Below, piece by piece: positions 34,461-64,000 of a DNA stretch of 64,000 nt (position 1 is the first letter of the stretch; each line of letters opens with the position of its first letter). The position numbers were made by a program, and so were the translations under genes. The notes beneath the pieces are model-generated. The model was not told where the DNA came from and made no database searches. It saw only the letters and a list, made by a program, of their open reading frames with translations. The stretch lies in NCBI GenBank assembly GCA_020137815.1, contig CM035356.1:6820001-6884000 (forward strand). Direction: 5' to 3'. The stretch comes from Hormiphora californensis. Its lineage: Eukaryota > Animalia > Ctenophora.

Positions 34461-35997
34461 CTGTTCCTAACGCAGTGAGGTAAAACTGATACGAAAAGGA
34501 AATAGGGCACCCTTTGCACGACGTTTTAGCACACTAAAGTAGAACACGTGTGGTCACGTGTTCTACTTTAGGGTGCTATATTATCGGTGGTATATCTGGA
34601 AAGAATTCCTATCATATATTCCAAGTCCTTGTAGAGTAACAACCTATTAATCTCTGACTCAGACTGTAGAGTTTGCAATGCTGGCTGCTGCGCACTGTGC
34701 AGTGCGCAGTCGCAGTCGAAGGCCCGGTGTGAGAGCCGACAGACTGGGAACATGCCAATGTAGAGTGTAGCTGTCTAGTACACTTACCATAATTCGGGGG
34801 CCATAATTCCTATTGTTAATAAATTCCTAATTTAGAGGGTGACCCACAGAGCTGTATCGATGTTTAGTTTTATCCTAAAATATCTGTTAACTCGGCAATC
34901 ATTGGCTGACTCAATCATCTGATAGCTCATCAGAGCTCTTATAGTTATACCGAATGACAGCTGTACTGCTGTTAGGAATTATCCTAACCTAGCCTCTCTC
35001 TCTACTATTATCTAGTAGAGTAGTAGAGAGAGGTTTGGAAAATATTTCCAACAATGACCAATTATCTGTTTGTAGAGAGAGGGAGCATTGGCTAGAATAG
35101 AATTGGACAAAGTCATACTGCACGAGTCTGTCTTCATATTCATTGGAAGTTGTAAATGCAGCTTTTTTTCTTCATATTTCTCCGAAGTCACTGGCTTTGC
35201 GGCTGCGTGAGGCCACGTGGCGGCCTCACGCAACAAGAACACGTAAATCGAGCAGCGTGTACTATTACAGTCAGACCCTAACAAGTAAATAACGGGTTGG
35301 TTTTATTACCAAGCAACTAGAACTGTCCCTAACTCACTCAATTTCATTGCAGCCTAATCGCAATGAGAACTTTCAGATGTTGGACAGCATTGAATTGGTA
35401 TAATCGCATATAATATCTCCTTTCTGAGATTTGTATATATGCAATCTCGGTCTCGCCACTCAACTTCAATCACATTGTCAGTACTCTCTCTCTCCAGTCA
35501 TTGACCCTATTCTCACACCACATCTAAGTGTCAAAACTTTGTATTGGATTAAAAATATTCTGAGACACAACATTATTATCGTGTTTTGATTCTCCTCAGT
35601 ACGCCGCCTGGACAGCTTGCCCCCTTATAGTGTTTTTGTACACATCATCACATACAATTGTTCAAACCCTAGCCATCACAGAAATAAAATTCAGTGTGGG
35701 CTACACAAATGTTGCCTAGCTAGACTCTGTTTCGCGCCTCCCAAATGTAAAGGAGGGTTAGAGCATAACAACACAAATGATCACATGCGATTACTCAATT
35801 ACTGTAAACTCGTTCTCCATTCCTTCAGGTATAATTATTCTCTGGTTAAGACCTATTTATTTTTTATAACCAATTATACAGCCGTTGTCCAGGTGATTAA
35901 TTGCTCTGTTATTACACGGTCGCTTGTAGTGGGAAAATGGTAATGGAAAACGAAGATACAGTAAGACGACGCGCAACCGTGACCAATCAGGGCGCTA

Positions 35998-36154
35998 GTA
36001 AAGTCGGATTTTTTGAAGTTGTCACCCCAAAATGACCGCGCATGTGAAATTTATCAATTTTGACGCGCACACCACACGTTAACATGTGATGTGACGCGCA
36101 AAAACATTCCGCGCACAAAGAGGGGGGTGACAACTTCAAAAAATCCGACTTTAC
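35998..36154. repeat. Small palindromic MITE (GTAAAGTCGGATTTTTTGAAGTTGTCACCCC...GGGGTGACAACTTCAAAAAATCCGACTTTAC)
   Basis: 31-bp inverted termini; related half-copies at ~56255-56286 and ~57453-57485. Confidence 0.7.
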
Positions 36155-38012
36155 GTGCTGACACATGAACTTTTTGCCGCGCGTTATGCACCGTGCGCGT
36201 CTCCTTACTGTATTTTGCGTTACCGTATTTTGACTGCAAGCAGCACTGTTATCAATATCATTATCAAGCCGACTACTCTGTTGACATTTAGGATGTCTGA
36301 TTGAGAATCAAATGGGGTATGGCGCCGCCATACAGCAGTCAGGTGATTGACACTTATTCAACCTGCAACGATTTTGTTTCAATTTCAAACCGATAACATA
36401 TACCCGGTTGCAGTTGCTCTGTTAACACAAATCCGCTGTCGATACAAAACTTGTACAGCCGGGATATACATATCCGCATGCATATATTAATAGTCTGCAG
36501 TAGCTCAACAGTTAAATTGTTGCATATTAAACGGTGTGACAGCTGTGACCCAACCGAGCTGAACTAAATATTCTGAACCGAATATATTATGAACAGAGTT
36601 TCTTTGTAGTAGAATATTCTGAACCGAGTTTCTTTGTAGGAAATTTATCTGTAGGGCCCGGTACAATTTATTGAGTAAGCTACAATGTCCCTATAGGGGT
36701 TCTTTGTATGGACTTAGATCGGACCCTTTTTAGTTTTGTTTCTGGGAACTCCATTATGCTGGAGTATGTCACGTGACTCCTAATTTCCGTAATTGCGATG
36801 CACTATATGGTTAGAGCTCCTAGGCCTAGTTCACTATATTACCACGAACATGGAATGATAATAAACACATTATATTTAGGAACTTTTACTACCATTCTTT
36901 TCTACGTTGATCTTTTGGTGTTTCAGTAACTTTTAATTAGAAAAGAACGACCTTGTAACAGTTCAGAAATACACGACCTACTGAATCAGGAAATACTGGT
37001 CCCTGATTGGCTGATAACCAGTCACGTGACCTAAATAACGAGTTCTGATTGGTTGTTTACTTGTTTCAGTCGGTTCCTGTCAGAAATACACGACCTACTG
37101 CTCTGTTTTCCCACGTTTCCTAGATCGATATTCTCCCGAACTAAAAGTTAATGAAATAACAAAGGAAGAATCCACAAAGGAACGCTTTAATTTTATTGAA
37201 CTATAATTGAACCAAGCCTGCCAGGATAATTTGAATATCTACAAATGCATTGTATGCACGTGGCCGCGTGTCAAATAATACGATTCATGCCATTAGGGCA
37301 CGGCCAAGGACAACCTCATTGAATCGGAATATTCAATGCCTGAAGGCGTCATGACGCCCGTTCACCACGGCAAAATTGAAATATGCCTTTGTTTGTGCCA
37401 AAATATGGATATGTTCCTGTCAGAGCATTGGCCTGACCCTATATTCCTGTCAGAGCATTGGCCTGACCCTAATCCTATTCCTGCCAGAGCATTGGCCTGA
37501 CCCTAATCTCATTTCTTTCAAATAAGGTTCTGTTTTGCGAGCGGAGAACAGCAGTCAGAGCAATGGCCTGACAGAGATATGCTCCAAACTGCCATTATAT
37601 GTAGGTAATGGCAGCTTGGAACATAGATCTGTCAGCGTAATTTAGCCTGTGAGAAAGTGTCAATTGTCATGCCAATGCTCTGACCAAGATGAGGGGTAAT
37701 TTCATTACCAAGTAGCTGATAGTTGCCTATGCATAAGATACAGGAACCGACCGAAACAAGTAAACAACCAATCGGAACTCGTTATTTAGGTCACGTGACT
37801 GTGCATAAGATATAATACCAAGTGCCAGGAACGTGCTGCCTTCGAGCGGTTCTTTTGAACTGTTCTGACCATACCACGAGTACAACACAGTTAATTATCA
37901 GTCATGTGACATGTACTATACTATAATGGTGCGATCTTCTTGTGGAGTAGCTCTTATCTTCACTTAGATTTATCTACCTTCACTTAGACTACTTAGTAGA
38001 GTAGTACTCTCA

Positions 38013-38606
38013 GGCTATAAGCATACTGATCTTGATGATCATAATCAGCTAAAAAGATGAAGTGTGCTCATGGTTTTGATCATCATCATCTGCAAAAAAC
38101 TGCAGTGTGCGGAACATTATGATCATCACGTAAGAGCTGGCCCTGGAGCCGTCTCTTAAGTTGGATGATGATCATCAACACCTAGTGTGCGCACGTTCTG
38201 ATCTTATTCTTATGGAGGGCTGCACTGTAGTCATGTGATATGTACCACGTGGTACGACTTCGCGCGCGCGAGAGGCTGTTGTACAGGTCACGTGATATAC
38301 GACAACCTCTCAGAGCGCGCGACTCGCAAAGGGGGAGATAGCATCATCATGCTGAGCACACTGGTCATGATGATCATGATCAAAAGGCAAGTTCCAACAA
38401 GTTGAGCATGGTTTATGATGATCAAACCTGCGCACACTATGGTTTATGATGATCAAACGTGAACACACTATGGTTTGAGAGCATCATGATGCATCAAGCC
38501 TCCATCATGATGATAACCATCAGTGTGTGCGCTTCTTTGATGGTGACCATCAAAATCTCCGCTCACTGACCTGATTATGATCATCACGATCAGTATGCTT
38601 ATAGCC
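38013..38606. mobile_element. PIF/Harbinger-type MITE, 3-bp TCA TSD
   Basis: TCA|GGCTATAAGCATACTGATC...GATCAGTATGCTTATAGCC|TCA; internal GATGATCAT subrepeats. Confidence 0.75.
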
Positions 38607-38608
38607 TC

Positions 38609-39530
38609 ATGTCCAATATATTGATTGATAACTATCTAAATCAGCTTTCATTTCTTCCATGTTATAACTATTTTTATGAATTATTATTAATAGATGGTAT
38701 TATTTTAGATTATGTTACTGTTCAGAAAGATCTTGAAATTCTTATAACTGAAGATCTAAAGTGGACCACCCACTGTGATTACATTGTCTCTCTAATGAGA
38801 TCTAGTTTTAATCGTTTAAGATACACCTGTTATTTTCTTTCGAACAGCTCCCATAAACGATCTTTATATTTTTCTATCGTTCGTTCCTTTACTGAGCATT
38901 GTAATCCTATTTGGAACAATATTGGTAAAACCCATCTCTACAATTTTGAAAGACTCCAAAAGAGTATCGTCAAATGGATAAGAAATGAACCCTTAGCCTC
39001 TTATACTAATTCCGTTTATTTTAAATACCTTTTAGAACTTAATATTTTACCCATTAAAGAGCTGTTCATTTACAATAATCTTAAACTGTTTTACAAGATT
39101 ATCCATGATTTAGTGCCCCTGCCTTTACCTCATTTTATTAGCTTGTCAGACCCAGCTTCACTTAGATATACCCGCCATAATGTTAATATCATACAAGGTC
39201 TAGATATCACTTCTTTTGATGACACTTTGAACATCAGGGCTCACCCTAACCTGAGTAATAATTATTTCCACAAAACCACCTCGGTCTGGAACTCTATTCC
39301 GTATTACATCAGGCAGAGTGCTAGCCTTCATGGTTTTCTAGTTTCTCTCAAGAGGTATCTCTATGACTCAGTCGATATCGACAGTATTTTACCATAGAAT
39401 TCACATTTCACATTTCACATCTCACTAAAAGAGCCCAGCATGACCACTATGCCAGTTGGGGAGGTCTTCCCGTTTGGTAACCCGTGCCGATTTCCCTCCC
39501 CTCCCTCTCGTGTTTTCTAAACAAGTATAC
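38609..39530 (+). mobile_element. AT-rich 3' fragment of a CR1/L2-group LINE
   Basis: KDLEILITEDLKWTTHC, LYFSIVRSFTEHCNPIWN, WNSIPYYIR are RT C-terminal motifs; there is no catalytic core. Confidence 0.75.
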
Positions 39531-39676
39531 GTGTGTGCAAACGTATATTTTTATCTTTTAAAAGTCTTAAACTGTACGCAGCCCTTAGTTGCTCTGTCTG
39601 GAGTACTCCAGTCAGTGTGGGATGCGTGGAACTATGTTTTGAGTGATTTTGAAAATCCATTACTGTTTGATACATA

Positions 39677-40529
39677 CCTTACTCTCGTTAATTAAGCTCG
39701 CATATTTCAAGAAACTTTTAAATAAGGAACTTTTTTACAAGAAAACCCCAAAATTTAGACACCCTAAAAATAAGAAACTCTCTCGTTTATTAAGAAACTG
39801 AAAAAATAAGAAACCAAAATTAAGAAACTAAAAAAATAAGAAACCAAAAATAAGAAACCCCAAAAATAAGAAACCCCAAAAATAAGAAACCCCAAAATTA
39901 AGAAACCCCAAAAATAAGAAACCCCAAAATTAAGAAACCCCAAAATTAAGAAACCCCAAAATTAAGAAACCCCAAAAATAAGAAACCCCAAAAATAAGAA
40001 ACCCCAAAATTAAGAAACCCCAAAATTAAGAAACCCCAAAATTAAGAAACCCCAAAAATAAGAAACCCCAAAAATAAGAAACCCCAAAATTAAGAAACTC
40101 GAAAAATAAGAAACTCGAAAAATAAGAAACCTAATTAGGGGAGGGCCTCAAAAAGCCCTAAAATGGACATTTTTGACAACACAGACCAAATGCGGCAAAA
40201 TAACGCAATTTAAACTAGGTAAACTGTTGTTTAGGCTATTTCGAAGGTGTGGTCTAACGGTTGACAGGTTACGAAATGGTGGCCGGAATAAGAAAGCTGA
40301 GACAAGGGGGGTTAAACACAAAACAACTGCAATGAACTGCTTGTGTGTTAACACTCAGAACTGTTGCAGAATGCAGAGGCCCGTTTCTTATCTCTGTTTT
40401 CAAGATGGGTGTGTCGCCCTGCTTTCTCTCCCAATCTCTCTTCCTATCTCGTCCTCTTTTTCTTTCTTTATCATTGATGATGTCTGCGTGTGTGTGTTAG
40501 AGAGAGAGAGAGTGTGTGTGTGAGAGTGA

Positions 40530-40591
<62 letters not shown>

Positions 40592-41889
40592 CTAAGAAGC
40601 AAAGCGAGTGTTAAAACACAATCTAAGAGTGGGTGGGTACGAAAAGATAAGGTATTAGACCAGAATGTAGCTTGACAGTGGGGGGTACGAAAAGATAAGA
40701 AGTGATACTGAGTGTGAGAAGGGAAAAAAGGGGGGGGGGAAAGAGATGAAACAAAAATGACGACACGAAAGCAAGAAATCATGAACACAAAACACACGGA
40801 TTTGAGAGAGTGCAAGAGATAGATGAACGAGATAGGGATCGGGAGGTGCTCATGCGTGACAGACCTCCACGCACGTGACTTAGAATGCTCGCACCCAATT
40901 GGCTGATCATAGTGAAAGTGAAAGTGACCATAAATGCAGCAATTTGATTGGCTGCCCTGACTGAGTTTGTGATTGGGGGCGGGAACTGGGAAGAGAGAGA
41001 TAGGGTAGAGAGAGATAGAGAGAGAGATTGAGAGAGACTGTGTGGGTGTGTGTGAGAGAGAGAGAGAGAGAGTGTGTGTGAGAGAGAGAGAGGGAGAGAG
41101 AAAGCAGGGCGACACACCCATCTTGAAAACAGAGATAAGAAACGGGCCTCTGCATTCTGCAACAGTTCTGAGTGTTTACACACAAGCAGTTCATTGCAGT
41201 TGTTTTGTTTTGTGTTTAACCCCCCTTGTCTCAGCTATTCCGGCCACCATTTCGTAACCTGTCAACCGTTAGACCACACCTTTGAAATAGCCTAAACAAC
41301 ATTTTACCTAGTTTAAATTGCGTTATTTTGCCGCATTTGGTCTGTGTTGTCAAAAATGTCCATTTTAGGGCTTTTTGAGGCCCTCCCCTAATTAGGTTTC
41401 TTATTTTTCGAGTTTCTTATTTTTGGGGTTTCTACTTTCTTATTTTTCGAGTTTCTTATTATTCGAGTTTCTTATTTTTGGGGTTTCTTATTTTTGGGGT
41501 TTCTTAATTTTGGGGTTTCTTATTTTTGGGGTTTCTTATTTTTGGGGTTTCTTAATTTTGGGGTTTCTTAATTTTGGGGTTTCTTAATTTTGGGGTTTCT
41601 TATTTTTGGGGTTTCTTAATTTTGGGGTTTCTTATTTTTGGGGTTTCTTAATTTTGGGGTTTCTTAATTTTGGGGTTTCTTAATTTTGGGGTTTCTTATT
41701 TTTGGGGTTTCTTATTTTTGCGTTTCTTATTTTTGGGGTTTCTTATTTTTGCGTTTCTTATTTTTGGGGTTTCTTACTTTCTTGGGGGAGTTTCTTATTT
41801 TGGGGTGTCTTATTTAATGTGTTTCCACATTTCCCGTTTCTTATAAAAAAATTTCTTCCTAAAGCGTTTCTTAATTAGCGAGAGTAAGG
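39677..41889. mobile_element. 2.2-kb foldback element, TA TSD (Tc1/mariner/pogo-type ends)
   Basis: TA|CCTTACTCTCG...CGAGAGTAAGG|TA. Arms of ~750-800 bp contain 17-bp (AATAAGAAACCCCAAAA)n arrays; (GA)n-rich spacer. Confidence 0.85.
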
Positions 41890-42006
41890 TAGTTCCAAAA
41901 TAGTTCTGAAAAAAAATACTTGAACAAATGGTGCTCATTAGCATATTATATTTAAAGATCAACCAGTAAGATTCTATAATTATAAATTCTAAGCCATTCC
42001 ATGTCG

Positions 42007-42113
42007 GGACTATTATAGTTGCACCTGGGACTATTATAGTTGTACCTGGGACTATTATAGTTGCACCTGGGACTATTATAGTTGCACCTGGGACTATTAT
42101 AGTTGCACCTGGG
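42007..42113. repeat. 21-bp tandem repeat (GGGACTATTATAGTTGCACCT), ~5 copies
   Basis: Directly visible. Confidence 0.9.
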
Positions 42114-42499
42114 CCGAGTGGCGGTCCTATAGAGTCCCTTTTTCTTACATTTCAAACATATTCTTACTGAGGGCCGAGGGGACCCATTCCAGTAATTTTA
42201 TTGTACTACAATTTGTAGTTATAAACTGTACATATTGGGATGTACTGTATGTACTGAATGTACTGTATTACAGTAGTGCTGACCGTGGTAGCTGAGTCTG
42301 AACTAGACAAATATTGAGTATCGGTCATTATTCAATATTGATGCTACGCTTACCCTTTCTCTACACCAAATACCGTGCTTACATTAACCTGATTCCTGAT
42401 CACTTTCACAATAGACAGGAATTTTTATATTACACGTGACTGTTTCTTTGCGTTACACAGTGCAGCCCCGTTCAGAATGGGCAGTCTGTCTCTCCATCA

Positions 42500-42558
<59 letters not shown>

Positions 42559-42656
42559 AAGCTCGCATAATTTGCCTATTAATTGTACGTATACTTCCCA
42601 ACTCCAACTATTTCTCAACATAATTCCTCCTTTCAGTAGCCAAGACGACTTCAAGA

Positions 42657-43592
42657 ATGAGCAATTCAACACTAGACCTCTCCCTGACCACCTCCCAACG
42701 GATACCCCTCGCCACATTTGGCTTCATCTGCTCTGTTCTCGGTCTGTGCGGCAACGGCCTCGTCCTCTACTCTTCCCTGCGATACAACACCATCAAGATG
42801 GACAAAATCTCCCTGATCTTCCTACGCAACCTGGCCGCTGCGGATTTGTTGAACACAGTCACCGTAATCTTACCCACTTTTATCACCTACGCGACAGGAA
42901 GCTGGAAATTTGGGGCTGAGTTCTGTGATTTCCAATTATGGGCAGGGTTCATCACGGGAACAGTCAATATCTCCTCAGTAATCATCATTGCCTGCCACCG
43001 ACTCCGTGTCCTATTCTTCCCCCTCAACTTCTTCTCCACTAGACCGGCTAGAGTGCTTGCAGTTATAGTATGGTTGGGATCACCCTTTACTCCGGTTGCT
43101 ACTGTCCTCTACCGAGGAATGGCTGTTGATTTCTTCCCCAATGTGGGATGGTGCTCTCTAATTGTGGCGAATAGTGCAGATGGAGAGTTATTGGGGTACC
43201 TTATCACAGCAAATATGGTTGTGCCTATGGGTCTAATAGTTCTCCTAAATGTTGGCATTTTACTTCTAGCCCTGAAAAACAGTAAAAACAGGGCGAACAG
43301 GAGCAGTACGAAAGCGCTAATAACAACGACCGCACTGTGTGGATTATTTGTGGTCAGCTGGGCGCCCTACATCACATTCTATGTCGTGGGAGAGATACTA
43401 CCCTCTCTGATAATATCGGGGGAATGGAACCTAGCAGCGGCAGTGTTTCTCTGGCTTGGTGTGATAGGTAACCCTGTGTTATACACTATCACCAACAGAC
43501 GATTTGCAGGGTATGTGAGGGCGTTAGTGTGTACTGCAGCCGGTTTAGTGACTGGATTTCAAACCAACACTGTGTCAGTAAGTTATAACTAA
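42657..43592 (+). CDS. Intronless rhodopsin-like (class A) GPCR, orphan, 311 aa
   Basis: Seven hydrophobic segments; GN in TM1, NLAAADL in TM2, Cys before TM3, HRL in place of DRY, FVVSWAP in TM6, NPVLY in TM7. Confidence 0.92.
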   Translation: MSNSTLDLSLTTSQRIPLATFGFICSVLGLCGNGLVLYSSLRYNTIKMDKISLIFLRNLAAADLLNTVTVILPTFITYATGSWKFGAEFCDFQLWAGFITGTVNISSVIIIACHRLRVLFFPLNFFSTRPARVLAVIVWLGSPFTPVATVLYRGMAVDFFPNVGWCSLIVANSADGELLGYLITANMVVPMGLIVLLNVGILLLALKNSKNRANRSSTKALITTTALCGLFVVSWAPYITFYVVGEILPSLIISGEWNLAAAVFLWLGVIGNPVLYTITNRRFAGYVRALVCTAAGLVTGFQTNTVSVSYN

Positions 43593-44527
43593 AGTGAGTT
43601 ATAAAAAGTAAAGTTTTACCCATTTCGAAGTGCGTAAATGTTAACCAGTACCACCCAATCTTACCTTTGTTTGACGCGGTGAGAATCGACGAAGTAATGT
43701 AGTCAGCTGACAAAACTCCCCCGATACAAGCACACACTTCATCATCACACAGTAGGGTTTCGTCCTGGTGTCCTGTGTTACTCAACAAAGTGTCCTACTG
43801 TCCTAAGGGGTAAGGTTGGGTGTTAGAAACAGCCTGGTAAGAGCTCCGCGTGATGATGATGTAGCAACATTGACAACATTGTTGTAGCGAAAAGGTGGTG
43901 TTAATTCGAGAATTCCTCACCTACATGCAAAAGATAAAATGAAGAGTTTCAAGCCAATTGGAGTATATCACACGTCTCTATATCACTCTTATATATATCT
44001 TGCAGCTGGCTTTCTTGTCTTGAACTTATCACCTGGAGGAATATGTTTACCTGGCACAGACAGCACCACACTTACAGAATGGACTCGGACAATAGCTGCA
44101 GCAGAATCAGTGCTGATGATGCAATAGAGTCGCTAGTTTATTCGCAATAATGCTGCAGCTAATGTTTGTATAAATATATTGAAAACACAGTGATTTACAA
44201 TTGAATTTTATATATAAGTAAGATTTAAAATAATTTAAAATACTGTTCGTGTAGCGCTACAACTTGTAGTGCAAGTACATAATATATTGATTGAAATATA
44301 AACCCTCCATTTTATCACGTTTTTATTAACCAACTAAAATATCGGCAAAATACCTCCAAATGAGGAGATTATGTGTGAAATTAAAACTCATTTTGTGCAA
44401 CGTGCTCTAACAACATAATATCTAGTAAAATAGTCTTTTTAATCTGATACAGGTTGGGAGATTAAAAGTATAATAATGAGTTCACTGTGGATTAGCATAT
44501 CTTCTGGTCCAGATTAAGTCCAGATCT

Positions 44528-62107
<17,580 letters not shown>

Positions 62108-62188
62108 TGAAGCTAGTCACAGGGAAGTTGTGTTATTGTACAAGAAGATTTAGGAGATTATTATGTTGATTGGGAACGAGAGAGGGGT

Positions 62189-62273
<85 letters not shown>

Positions 62274-62419
62274 AACAGAATAGGATTCTCAATAGATCAC
62301 GTGACAAGGATAGTCTCCTTTCCTGGTTTGTGTCTGCTTCTACACACACTATCCTTCTTCTCTCTACATCTCTGTTGTTGTTACTGTGAGATCTATCTTT
62401 TGTCTATCTTTTTTATACC

Positions 62420-64000
62420 ATGTATAACTGCCATGGTGGTCGTTGGTTATGGTGGGTGATATGCTTGTTCATTCCTACTCTTATCACAATTACTTTATTT
62501 ACCTGGCTGGATACCAGTAAAGACACGTAAGTAGAGTGAGAGAGTGTTAGGAAGGGAGACTAAAAAAAGAGATGTTTAGAGCAAAGAGATTAATTTAAAA
62601 CTAGAAAGTTTGAGTAAGGAGAGATTAGGAGATAGTTATTTTCTACGGTAGCTGAAGTGAAAGAATTAAAGTTAAAATGAGTGACCCCTAAAGCGCTTGC
62701 CAGCGCCACATTTGGTGCAAGGGAGGGAAGGGACACTGCTTGCTGCTGCAACTTGTAATTTTCCAGTACTCACTCACACCCATACTACACTCATATTCTC
62801 GAATACACCTGCAGATTCGTTTCCACTTGCACCTGCTGGTATTCTCATATACATCTGACCAGAGCTGAGCTATTCTCTAATACACCTGTAGCTCTTTCAT
62901 CTGCACCAGCAGCTATTCTCCCTTCCACCTGCACCGCTATCCTCCCTCTCATCTCTCAGGTATGAGGATCTAATAAAACCGGAATGGTTACCCCTCAGTA
63001 TCAAGGGAGAACCCCTCGCACCAGAAATAATCATGGTCACGTGGTTTATACTCAGTTTCGCACATGGAGCTGCCGGTTAGTGAACAGATCTTTTGATAAG
63101 CAGAGCATACTGCCGGTTCGAACTTATTTTTCTCGATACAACAAATCGTGGAGCGCAATATCAAATAGAATTCCATCTCTCTCCCCTGACTCTAGGCATA
63201 TTGATCACCTATCTTTCTCACTGACCACATGTCTCTATCTAGGTATCATGATGGTCTCTCACTGACCACATGTCTCTATCTAGGTATCATGATCGTCTCT
63301 CACTGACCACATGTCTCTATCTAGGTATCATGATCGTCTCTCACTGACCACTGTGTATGTCTCTATCTAGGTATTATGATCGTCTCTCACTGACCACATG
63401 TCTCTATCTAGGTACATTATGATCGTCTATCACTGACCACTGTATGACTCTATCTAGGTATCATGATCGTCTCGAAAAACACTCCCCACGAAAATTGGAA
63501 ATGCCCAATGATGTTCGCGTTTGCAGTGTTCCTTCTAATTTTCTACTCTTGGCCGGTGTTCTATTTTGTAATAGTTCTTCCTCTAGTGGTAAGTGAACTA
63601 TTTTAGACAAACTCACACACACACAGACACATCACTGATCACACACACAAACTCACACACACGCATTTCACTGATTCTCACATCACATTGTACAACAATA
63701 ATTCCACCCATGGTCCGTTAGTCCGTAGAACAGTCAGCAGCAGTCTCTCCCCCTCCCTTGCACTAGATATCCTACATCCTCAACTACCACGCCACTACTC
63801 CCTATAGATACACCGCACTAGAACAGCCAGAATGGATCCCCGAATATTCCTTCGTACTTCTAGCCGTACTGAACACTGGAGTCAGTATCATCGAGGGGCT
63901 GGGGTTGTCAACTTTTGCCAGCAAACAGGATGTGTTTAGTGCAGCGACATGGACTCCCATATTCCTTGCCCTCACGCTCTACAAGGCTGCATTCTTCGCA
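62420..64000 (+). CDS. TspO/MBR (translocator protein)-like multi-pass membrane protein, 3'-incomplete
   Basis: Exons 62420-62526, 62960-63075, 63458-63588 and 63767 (or 63808) to the window end join in phase. TYEDLIKPEWLP resembles TspO WYxxLxKPxWxP and FYSWPVFYF resembles NxxWxxxFF; several TM helices. Confidence 0.5.

Noticed and set aside
42657-43592. GPCR as an opsin
   Set aside because: The position equivalent to the retinal-binding Lys in TM7 (six residues before NPxxY) is Trp.

Overview
Repeat-dense animal genomic DNA, not prokaryotic. It has spliceosomal GT-AG introns and many (GA)n tracts. The small repeat families look like ones I associate with cydippid ctenophores (Pleurobrachia-like); this is an inference from recall, not verified. 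Six host genes were reconstructed by hand: RSPH1 (-, 4 exons), a LAMP-family glycoprotein (+, 7 exons, missed by the ORF track), Ku80/XRCC5 (+), an intronless class A GPCR (+), a large TTC3/DZIP3-like RING-H2 E3 ligase (-) and a TspO/MBR-like membrane protein (+, runs off the end). Mobile DNA includes two CR1/L2-group LINEs with intact ORF2, two LINE fragments, a Penelope-like element with a TSD and candidate hammerhead ribozyme, an ORF1-only retroposon with three nested insertions, a 4-unit head-to-tail Helitron array and many foldback/MITE elements with different TSD types. The most notable observations are: (1) exon-intron junctions repeatedly amplified into tandem arrays, including about 33 copies of one 3' splice site; (2) a shared AUG-less -1 ORF1/ORF2 overlap with slippery heptamers in both LINEs; (3) the ORF1-only retroposon; (4) splice-acceptor-like sites just before the ATG in five genes; (5) an in-frame two-exon duplication; (6) a triple frameshift in the Ku80 C-terminal domain. 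All calls were made by eye; no searches were run.
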